A stretch of DNA of 64,000 bases, taken from the IMG/VR virus record IMGVR_UViG_3300047476_000704, positions 130,857 to 194,856 of that record, one strand, 5' to 3'. This DNA is from a virus. Below are positions 57,082-63,832 of the stretch, piece after piece. The position numbers were made by a program, and so were the translations under genes. The notes beneath the pieces are model-generated. The model saw only the letters and a list, made by a program, of their open reading frames with translations, was not told the origin of the DNA and made no database searches. Position 1 is the first letter of the stretch. Each line of letters starts with the position of its first letter.

Positions 57082-57338
57082 TATAGTAATTGGATTTCGG
57101 TTATCAATTGTGTTACACCTTCTTCAGTTAAGAACCCAATCACATCATCAGTAATTGGTGTATCGTATGTAATCTCACCTTCGGTATTCAATACTGCCAA
57201 CTCATACAACCCATCCTTACCTCCGTATGAATATTTATGACATATCACACTTACACCAAATCCGTTCTCAAACATAGTACGAGAGTATATACCTCCTCCA
57301 AAAACTTCCTTAAATTCTAAATCTTTAAATTCTTTCAT
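57081..57338 (-). CDS. conserved hypothetical phage protein
   Basis: FENGFGVSVI..YSYGG..GLYELAVL. Confidence 0.7.
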   Translation of the reverse strand: MKEFKDLEFKEVFGGGIYSRTMFENGFGVSVICHKYSYGGKDGLYELAVLNTEGEITYDTPITDDVIGFLTEEGVTQLITEIQLL

Positions 57339-57351
57339 ATCTTTATTTTAA

Positions 57352-57380
57352 ATTATAACCCAACACCTCCGGTCGGTCAA
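57352..57380 (-). promoter_or_regulatory. sigma70-consensus-like promoter
   Basis: TTGACC-N17-TATAAT. Confidence 0.35.
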
Positions 57381-57396
57381 AGGAATTTTTGATAGT

Positions 57397-57738
57397 TTAT
57401 TTATTCTTTAATTCAAAATCAAAAGCATCTACTACGGATTGGATAAATGAATCTTTATCCTTTAATCCATTAGCGGTTATCCCACCTTCATTAAACTTCT
57501 TTCCATTCAACCATAGTTCGAATCTATATTGTTTCTTATACTCATTATTATACTCTCTCGTCAATAGCAACTTACCCCTATTCGTACCCAAAGCGGATAC
57601 AAATGAAATTAAGTAACACTTTGGTTCCATGATATTCAAATCCGAATCGTATTTATACATCTCATCGTATAGTGAATCAATACTCCACCCATTACAATAT
57701 GTACCTTCTAATAATCTAAAGTTATGGATTGTTAGCAT
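57397..57738 (-). CDS. MLTIxN-family paralogue
   Basis: MLTIHNF. Confidence 0.75.
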   Translation of the reverse strand: MLTIHNFRLLEGTYCNGWSIDSLYDEMYKYDSDLNIMEPKCYLISFVSALGTNRGKLLLTREYNNEYKKQYRFELWLNGKKFNEGGITANGLKDKDSFIQSVVDAFDFELKNK

Positions 57739-58051
57739 GTGATATAATTCTTCTTAATGTTCTTAACATAGATGTTACACTTCCTATATTTGCTTCGGTT
57801 ACCCAAACTGAATTGAATGGTTCAAATGTATCCGTAATCTTATAATATTTTGCACTTAACATTGCATCAAGCCCTTCTTCTTCTTTTAGGATGAATACTC
57901 TATCATCTGCAGTAGCGGATGTTCTTAAATGGATTTGATAATCACCTTCAGGTCCATAAGTATGAACTCCTACAACTGTCCATATAGTAGTTGGGTTTGG
58001 AACTATAAATTGCTCCCCAACCAACTTATCTGTATTTTGGATTTTTAGCAT
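57722..58051 (-). CDS. MLTIxN-family paralogue (start moved to MLKIQN)
   Basis: ATGCTAAAAAT at 58051. Confidence 0.75.
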   Translation of the reverse strand: MLKIQNTDKLVGEQFIVPNPTTIWTVVGVHTYGPEGDYQIHLRTSATADDRVFILKEEEGLDAMLSAKYYKITDTFEPFNSVWVTEANIGSVTSMLRTLRRIISHANNP

Positions 58052-58380
58052 ATGTTTATCCTTACCAAATAATGTGAACCAATCCAATTTACTAAATCTT
58101 TTGGGTCTTTTAGATATTGTTTGTGAATTTTATTTAATCCTCTACTTGCATAAGGTCCTTCGAAAAAGGAATCCGTTAAATACTCAAACCCATTATCTTC
58201 TACTTGTCTAAACACCTTTACAAAATGAGCTTGATGTATAGAAAACACACCATCTATTTGGGGTAAAAATGCTATCTCATACCAATTCTCACTTTCCTCA
58301 ATCGTAGCTACCTTCCACCTCTGCCCCATACAACTTATATTGGCATTCGTTATTTTATCGTAATTCTCTATCGTTAGCAT
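58045..58380 (-). CDS. MLTIxN-family paralogue
   Basis: MLTIENY. Confidence 0.75.
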   Translation of the reverse strand: MLTIENYDKITNANISCMGQRWKVATIEESENWYEIAFLPQIDGVFSIHQAHFVKVFRQVEDNGFEYLTDSFFEGPYASRGLNKIHKQYLKDPKDLVNWIGSHYLVRINIC

Positions 58381-58709
58381 ATCCTTTGTAATTTATGTAT
58401 TAATTCGGTTACCTGTGATGCTAGGAGGTAGGGCATTTGCAAATCATCTATATCAACCATCATTTTTACCCTAGTTGCATATCCTATTATAAACAACTTA
58501 TACTTTCCTTGCGCATTGGGTGTTCTATCTAAACAAACCGCAACATCATCTCCATTTAACTTATATGCGTTTTGAACTCTGGTATTAAAATCACTTACTC
58601 TAAAATAAAATACATACCCTAATTGGTTTGGAGTCATATCAACTTTGTGTGCAAATTTACCATTACACAACATCATTTTAAACTTATCCGTATTATGTAT
58701 TGTTAGCAT
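58374..58709 (-). CDS. MLTIxN-family paralogue
   Basis: MLTIHNT. Confidence 0.75.
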   Translation of the reverse strand: MLTIHNTDKFKMMLCNGKFAHKVDMTPNQLGYVFYFRVSDFNTRVQNAYKLNGDDVAVCLDRTPNAQGKYKLFIIGYATRVKMMVDIDDLQMPYLLASQVTELIHKLQRIC

Positions 58710-58710
58710 A

Positions 58711-59094
58711 TTACATATGTTTTACTATTTTATCTGTCATCCAAGTATAGAACCCAATTCTATCCTTTAGGTTAGCAAGACCCACAGTACCTGCGTAAAT
58801 CAAACCTTCACTTTGGACAAGTGACCAATCCAATCCTTTGTGTTTCTCGTCGTAAATCTCAAAGTTATATATGGTTGGTTTATTGAACAATGGATTTCTT
58901 TCTAAAAAACATTTGAATCGGCGAGGTTCATCATTATAATTCCAATAGAATGAATAACTATCACAATCACGAGAAGAACCATTACCTACACCACCATCCT
59001 TATTGCACAAACCAGCATCTACCAATTTGAATGAACCTATTTGGATTCCGGTCTCGTCGTGGGCACCTCTCCTTGGGTTTTGAATTGTTAGCAT
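58711..59094 (-). CDS. MLTIxN-family paralogue
   Basis: MLTIQNP. Confidence 0.75.
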   Translation of the reverse strand: MLTIQNPRRGAHDETGIQIGSFKLVDAGLCNKDGGVGNGSSRDCDSYSFYWNYNDEPRRFKCFLERNPLFNKPTIYNFEIYDEKHKGLDWSLVQSEGLIYAGTVGLANLKDRIGFYTWMTDKIVKHM

Positions 59095-59097
59095 GGG

Positions 59098-59388
59098 TTA
59101 TAATGTAAAATTATCCAATGATTTTAGTAGGTTGTCCATATCCTTAATCCAACTTGCGGTTACACCAATGTGAGTTAGTCTACCATCCGCTCTTTTGAAC
59201 AAATAAATGTTCTCACCATTCCTTACCTTTGCAGGGGTTCGTTGTAGGTAAACCGTTGTGGATATGTGTGATGATGATTCAACCAATTTAATCTCATAGT
59301 GTTTATCGGTTTCATCGCAAAAAGAAACCTCCCAACCCTTTCCTACGGATTTACCACATAACTTATAATAGTGTTTTATTGTTAGCAT
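59098..59388 (-). CDS. MLTIxN-family paralogue
   Basis: MLTIKHY. Confidence 0.75.
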   Translation of the reverse strand: MLTIKHYYKLCGKSVGKGWEVSFCDETDKHYEIKLVESSSHISTTVYLQRTPAKVRNGENIYLFKRADGRLTHIGVTASWIKDMDNLLKSLDNFTL

Positions 59389-59394
59389 ATCTTA

Positions 59395-59724
59395 TTAAAA
59401 TTCAAAGTAATTGTTCCATAAACGAGTCTGAATACTAATCCACATATTGAATCGTTTGAAATCTAAAAAGTGAGTTGGTCCAAACTTTTCAGCTGGGAAT
59501 TTGGTGTGGAAGTTTATCCCATCACCACTCCTTGCTATGTTAAGTGTGTAGGTTTCCCGTTTCCAATCAAACTCTACTAATATTACATTACGGCATGGAA
59601 GTTGGGGGTATATCCACATATGGTTGGGGTCACCCATACTATCTCCCAATCGGAATGGTATCCCATCCGATGATTCAAAGCTATGTCCTTTAATCTTTTC
59701 AGCAAAATTTTGTGGTGCGTTCAT
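59395..59724 (-). CDS. hypothetical protein heading the array operon (MNAPQNF, possibly a divergent member)
   Basis: First ATG after promoter 59751-59782. Confidence 0.6.
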   Translation of the reverse strand: MNAPQNFAEKIKGHSFESSDGIPFRLGDSMGDPNHMWIYPQLPCRNVILVEFDWKRETYTLNIARSGDGINFHTKFPAEKFGPTHFLDFKRFNMWISIQTRLWNNYFEF

Positions 59725-59750
59725 ACGATTTATATTTAACTGATGTTTAA

Positions 59751-59782
59751 CAAAGGTAAGAAGAATACTTGATAATGTCAAG
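59751..59782 (-). promoter_or_regulatory. Bacteroidota-type early promoter (array operon)
   Basis: AAAGA-CTTG-N20-TACCTTTG. Confidence 0.8.
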
Positions 59783-59801
59783 TCTTTGGTTAAATATTTT
59801 T

Positions 59802-60164
59802 TTAATCAATACCAAGAAGATTTCGCATATTATCCGATGAAGTGCGGTATGGGTGTTTCAATTCTTTATGGAGTTTTGCAATACGTCTATGTGCAGAAGA
59901 GAACCGAATTACCCGACCAACATCTGAAACATGATACTTATTCAAAAACGAAGGAAATGAAGTTGAGATATATGGCATATTACCAATGTAAATTATCTCC
60001 GTATCAAGTGAGTTTAATTCACATCCCTTCGGAATGTTTTTATCCAATGCTTCATTTAATAGTTTATTTGGAATAATCCGACCATAAACCAAATGGCTTA
60101 CTATCTCAACCACTATGAATATAAATGGTAAAATAATACAAAGTTTTAATATTAAATCGTTCAT
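59802..60164 (-). CDS. membrane-anchored hypothetical protein (start moved to MNDLI)
   Basis: N-terminal TM. Confidence 0.55.
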   Translation of the reverse strand: MNDLILKLCIILPFIFIVVEIVSHLVYGRIIPNKLLNEALDKNIPKGCELNSLDTEIIYIGNMPYISTSFPSFLNKYHVSDVGRVIRFSSAHRRIAKLHKELKHPYRTSSDNMRNLLGID

Positions 60165-60183
60165 AATTTTATTTGTTTTAAGT

Positions 60184-60597
60184 TTACCAACCACTATGAG
60201 TTCCACCATAGTTTTGTTGTTTAGCTATTTCTATAAGTTTGTCTATACAAGCATTCTCTGCTTCTTCGTAGGTGTCATAATCACAATCTCCACCACCCAA
60301 ATCTGTATTATTTATAACAAATTTTTGTTTCTTAATATGAAGAATATCATAACCATAAAATATGTGGTTAATTTTACCAGACCATATATTAGGTAATAAA
60401 CTATACTTCTCCCTAAACCATCTAAATACTTGTTGTTTAAGTGGTGCTAACATCTCATCTATGCCCTGAACGTGTTTATCTTCAATAATACCTCCAATTC
60501 GTAGATGTGAATTAGTAAACCACCCAAAACAGCTTTCATCAAAACCTAATTTCTTTAAGGCTAATGCTTGTTCGTATGTTACAAATTCTTTATCCAT
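60184..60597 (-). CDS. conserved hypothetical phage protein
   Basis: MDKEFVTYEQALALKKLGFDE..APLKQQVFRWFREKY..TYEEAE. Confidence 0.7.
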   Translation of the reverse strand: MDKEFVTYEQALALKKLGFDESCFGWFTNSHLRIGGIIEDKHVQGIDEMLAPLKQQVFRWFREKYSLLPNIWSGKINHIFYGYDILHIKKQKFVINNTDLGGGDCDYDTYEEAENACIDKLIEIAKQQNYGGTHSGW

Positions 60598-60835
60598 TGT
60601 CTTTGCCATAATTTTCGTTGTAATATCTTTCTGGTGAATCTTCGTTTACTTCATTCCAATGTTGGTGATGTGAGCCTATCTCATAAGCCTCAATTATCTG
60701 CTTTTTCTCCATTTGTTTGGCTTGTTCAATATGAACTAATAATGATGGGTAATCGTCACCAAAATCGGCGCCATTATATACCATATTTTTTATCATATCT
60801 TCCAACCATTCAACACTTGTTTGTTTATTTGCCAT
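60590..60835 (-). CDS. conserved hypothetical phage protein
   Basis: KQTSVEWL..IEQAKQMEKKQI..YYNENY. Confidence 0.7.
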   Translation of the reverse strand: MANKQTSVEWLEDMIKNMVYNGADFGDDYPSLLVHIEQAKQMEKKQIIEAYEIGSHHQHWNEVNEDSPERYYNENYGKDNG

Positions 60836-60839
60836 ATCC

Positions 60840-60968
60840 TTACCAAATTATAGTGAAAGTGTACGATAGCCAACCAAAATCAATCTCTCTTTTCTTACCA
60901 TCCCCACTTATAGAGAATGCTAATAGGGGTAATATCAAATAAGTTCTATTCTGCTTTTTCATATCCAT
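60840..60968 (-). CDS. 42-aa hypothetical protein
   Basis: Manual translation; fills gap between two ORFs. Confidence 0.45.
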   Translation of the reverse strand: MDMKKQNRTYLILPLLAFSISGDGKKREIDFGWLSYTFTIIW

Positions 60969-60969
60969 T

Positions 60970-61200
60970 TTAGTTTTCGTTAAGTTCAATTTCGTAGAAG
61001 TGTTCTAGCAAACCATCGCAGTAACAAACCTCCAAATTATAGGCGGGTAACTCTACATTGTAGTACCCGTCGTTAAAATCAGTTAGGGTAACATCCAACC
61101 AAGTAACATCAATTTTGTTCTTATCGCACCAAGCATCGAAACCAACGGCATCGTTACTTAAAGCAGCATTGTGAATAGCGGTGATAGTAATAGGATTCAT
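60970..61200 (-). CDS. hypothetical protein (start MNPIT)
   Basis: ORF track, trimmed. Confidence 0.55.
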   Translation of the reverse strand: MNPITITAIHNAALSNDAVGFDAWCDKNKIDVTWLDVTLTDFNDGYYNVELPAYNLEVCYCDGLLEHFYEIELNEN

Positions 61201-61220
61201 AATATTAAGGGATTTAAAGG

Positions 61221-61460
61221 TTAATAAAAATAAGCATTCCAAATACGGTCAATAGGGGCGAGGTAACGAGTACCTACTTTCTCTTCGTTAAGAGAACCAC
61301 CTTGCGTCATAGATTCATATTGTGATTTAACAACCTCCATCAAACACTCATTTGGATTCTCCAACACTAATAATAACTTTGCTCTTAAAGTTGGGGAAAA
61401 GTTCTCCGAAACGGGAGTACCAATCATTTTGTTCAACATATAAACTTTATCAATATTCAT
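61221..61460 (-). CDS. hypothetical protein (start MNIDK)
   Basis: First ATG after promoter 61498-61529. Confidence 0.55.
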   Translation of the reverse strand: MNIDKVYMLNKMIGTPVSENFSPTLRAKLLLVLENPNECLMEVVKSQYESMTQGGSLNEEKVGTRYLAPIDRIWNAYFY

Positions 61461-61497
61461 ATAAAAGGGGTTTATGTTTAACTCTCTCAATGTTTAG

Positions 61498-61529
61498 TAA
61501 AGGTAAGTAAAAGGAAGCAAAATGTCAAG
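61498..61529 (-). promoter_or_regulatory. Bacteroidota-type early promoter
   Basis: AAAGA-CTTG-N20-TACCTTTA. Confidence 0.75.
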
Positions 61530-61557
61530 TCTTTACCTAATTATTTTTAAATTATTT

Positions 61558-61788
61558 TTAATCAGCAAACCCATACCCATGTCGTAAAGAGTAATCTCGC
61601 CGTTCCTTCAAAACCCTCTTTTGTTCAACCAACTCATCTATCATCTTATCCCAATGGGTTTTGGGAGCATGTATTGTTCCTCTTTCCGATAGCCAATATA
61701 AACCCTTATTAGGATTAGGTTGTCTTCGTAGGTGGGCAATAGTAGCGTTAATCTCATCACACCTTTTCAAATACTCTTTTGTAGTCAT
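61558..61788 (-). CDS. hypothetical protein
   Basis: 76-aa ORF. Confidence 0.55.
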   Translation of the reverse strand: MTTKEYLKRCDEINATIAHLRRQPNPNKGLYWLSERGTIHAPKTHWDKMIDELVEQKRVLKERRDYSLRHGYGFAD

Positions 61789-61793
61789 ATCTC

Positions 61794-62168
61794 TTATAAG
61801 TTAGTAATAAAATAATCTTTAAGTTTTTCCATTGCCCGAACCTTAATCTGCCTAACCCTCTCACGAGTTAATAACAACTCCCTACCTATCTCATCGTAGT
61901 TCATCTCCTCACCATTAGGTAATCCAAAGGATAGCTCAATCACACATCTCTCACGAGGAGTAAGAACCCACTCCATAGCCGAACTCAATTCAATACCCAT
62001 ATCCTCAATCTCTAAACCTCTAAATTCTGATGATTGGGAAGGGAAGGATTCAACCTCCTCCAAACCAACATACTCATACTCTAAATCTCTATGATTAGAT
62101 GGGATGTGGATAACTCCATTTTCAATCTCTTTGTTAATCCGATAAGTGTCTTGTGAGTAACGATTCAT
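61794..62168 (-). CDS. sigma-70 region-4-only HTH protein (start moved past promoter)
   Basis: LTPRERCVIELSFGL..EMNYDEIGRELLLTRERVRQIKVRAMEKLK. Confidence 0.85.
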   Translation of the reverse strand: MNRYSQDTYRINKEIENGVIHIPSNHRDLEYEYVGLEEVESFPSQSSEFRGLEIEDMGIELSSAMEWVLTPRERCVIELSFGLPNGEEMNYDEIGRELLLTRERVRQIKVRAMEKLKDYFITNL

Positions 62169-62200
62169 ATCTATTTTGTTTATGTCTAACTGATGTTCTA

Positions 62201-62232
62201 TAAAGGTAGGCATAATATACCACAATGTCAAG
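62201..62232 (-). promoter_or_regulatory. Bacteroidota-type early promoter (sigma4 protein)
   Basis: AAAGA-CTTG-N20-TACCTTTA. Confidence 0.75.
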
Positions 62233-62386
62233 TCTTTTACCAAATTTATTTTTGTTTTCCTGGTTATTTTATAGACCATATAGAAACCCTTAAAAGTGTA
62301 TAGGGTAAAGAGGGTTTAGGATAGCAAAATGAAATTTAGGATGACCACCTAAAATATACCCTTTGGGGTATAATTGTATATTAAAA

Positions 62387-62541
62387 CGAGTCAGGCCCGA
62401 AAACATGGCACCCGTATGAAAGCGTACCCGACTCGGGGGTCCAAGCATGCCTTCGGGCGTGTTACGGGAAATGGAGAGTCTCCATAACGGGGGCAACGCC
62501 TCCGCACGAGCCTACGCTCGGGTAGTTAGATAGTTATCTAA
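62387..62541 (+). ncRNA. candidate structured non-coding RNA (or structured DNA element)
   Basis: About 62% GC by hand count over 62387-62520; six or more stems, a cUUCGg loop, G-U pairs in the + sense, and pseudoknot potential. Confidence 0.5.
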
Positions 62542-62544
62542 TCG

Positions 62545-62775
62545 TTATACGGATTGACGAACGGGTCGTTGGTATTGCTTTAAAGCTTGGGTGACCTCAT
62601 ACTGATGTTGTCTAGCGGAGCGTAGTGTTATCTCGCATTGCTCAGCCAATCCGATGTTCTTCGATGACACCGCTTGTAGGTACATCACAGTGATGTCTTC
62701 TATATCGGTTTGTAGTGCCTGTAGTCTACGCTGGAAGAAGTTCACATCATGTTGGTATTCGGTTAGTGTACTCAT
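62545..62775 (-). CDS. helical hypothetical protein
   Basis: 76-aa ORF. Confidence 0.55.
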   Translation of the reverse strand: MSTLTEYQHDVNFFQRRLQALQTDIEDITVMYLQAVSSKNIGLAEQCEITLRSARQHQYEVTQALKQYQRPVRQSV

Positions 62776-62835
62776 AGTGTATAGGGGTTGAATTTTGTTT
62801 TGCTAAAATAATTTTACCATTGCGGTCCGCAGATG

Positions 62836-63147
62836 CTATTCCTCACAGACAGTAAACTCAATAGCGGGCCCAAAGGTGATACCACCACTCACACCTGCCC
62901 AACTATAACCGGGTTCTAATATCTCTCTTACTTTCTCTCTATCAATGGAGTCGAATTGTATATCATACGGATGTGGTTGAGTCAGATACTCACCAATAGC
63001 AGCCTCAATTTGGTCTGTTGAAGCGATACGATATATACCATAATACTCATTGTAGAACTCATTACAGTAGTGATTGAACTGCTTTAAATCTTCGAAGAAA
63101 GAACGGCGTTTAACCATAGGAATAGGGGCTTCAAATAGATTGCTCAT
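62836..63147 (-). CDS. hypothetical protein (start MSNLF)
   Basis: CNEFYNEYYGIY..IQFDSIDREKVR. Confidence 0.6.
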   Translation of the reverse strand: MSNLFEAPIPMVKRRSFFEDLKQFNHYCNEFYNEYYGIYRIASTDQIEAAIGEYLTQPHPYDIQFDSIDREKVREILEPGYSWAGVSGGITFGPAIEFTVCEE

Positions 63148-63290
63148 AGGAATGGGGTTATAAGGGTTTAAAACTAATTTCGGTTTTAGGTAAGTGTCTA
63201 ACAGAGATAGCCAACACACGCAGGCGGCATGGGTGGCCAGTAGCCATTAGGAACACAATCAATAAGATTAACTTCTCTCTCATCATATAT

Positions 63291-63322
63291 CAAAGGTACG
63301 CAGAATATGTGAGAATGTCAAG
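63291..63322 (-). promoter_or_regulatory. Bacteroidota-type early promoter
   Basis: AAAGA-CTTG-N20-TACCTTTG. Confidence 0.8.
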
Positions 63323-63383
63323 TCTTTGCTCAATTATTTTTATATTATCCCAAAAAAATTTTAGGGTATAGGGGTATAATACG

Positions 63384-63413
63384 AAAAACCCCACCAGCAT
63401 AGCGGGAGGGGTT
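63384..63413 (-). terminator. terminator downstream of tRNA-His
   Basis: AACCCC/GGGGTT stem plus TTT. Confidence 0.55.
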
Positions 63414-63459
63414 ATTAAAGGGAAAAACAAAACATTAACTAAAACAAACCAAATATCGG

Positions 63460-63533
63460 TGGGTGTAAGGACGGTATCGAACCGTCTTCTCTGGCTCCAC
63501 AAACCAGCGCTTCACCTTAAAGCTTCAAACACC
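63460..63533 (-). tRNA. trnH: tRNA-His (GUG)
   Basis: G-1 GTGTTTG/CTTACAC C73; D-stem GCTT/AAGC; anticodon stem CTGGT/GCCAG, loop TT-GTG-GA; T-arm GACGG-TTCGATA-CCGTC; two U-U pairs in the acceptor stem. Confidence 0.88.
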
Positions 63534-63540
63534 ATATACT

Positions 63541-63756
63541 CTACGCTGTGTAGTAGTTATAGTCAGAGGAGTTTAACTCTGCGAGTTCTTTCATAAACTC
63601 TTTCGCCTCCTCATAGCGTTTCTTACTCACAACACCATGCCAAAAACAATAGTCATAGTTGACCTCTTCAGCGGTCTTACCATTTAACAAAGCCATAGCC
63701 TCAATAAAATCAACATAGTTAGGAAGAGAAAGAGAAGCGATTTGAGAATTTTCCAT
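63541..63756 (-). CDS. hypothetical protein (start MENSQ)
   Basis: First ATG after promoter 63801-63832. Confidence 0.55.
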   Translation of the reverse strand: MENSQIASLSLPNYVDFIEAMALLNGKTAEEVNYDYCFWHGVVSKKRYEEAKEFMKELAELNSSDYNYYTA

Positions 63757-63800
63757 ATCTGAATCGTAGAAGGAGGAAAGTCTGTCTCTCAACTACATAA

Positions 63801-63832
63801 TAAAGGTACGAAGAATATTTTACAATTACAAG
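63801..63832 (-). promoter_or_regulatory. Bacteroidota-type early promoter (ORF plus tRNA-His)
   Basis: AAAGA-CTTG-N20-TACCTTTA. Confidence 0.75.

Noticed and set aside
785-60942. The many + strand ORFs in the track (e.g. 785..1081, 4179..4529, 15652..16029, 44065..44427, 59786..60076)
   Set aside because: They lie antisense to well-supported minus-strand genes and show shadow-ORF composition with no motifs or expression signals
62409-62430. CCGTATG-AAAG-CGTAC resembles group II intron domain V
   Set aside because: Too short, lacks the catalytic triad pairing and bulge, and no other intron domains or RT gene are present
62290-62496. 68-aa ORF MPPLWRLS
   Set aside because: It runs through the GC-rich structured element, with atypical composition and no promoter
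62436-62505. GGTCCAAGC (twister-like) and GCAACGCCTCCG (c-di-GMP-I-like) sub-motifs
   Set aside because: The surrounding conserved cores of twister, pistol, hammerhead and c-di-GMP riboswitches could not be built by eye
63290-63502. 70-aa minus-strand ORF MWSQRRRFDTVLTP
   Set aside because: It overlaps tRNA-His, its terminator and an early promoter
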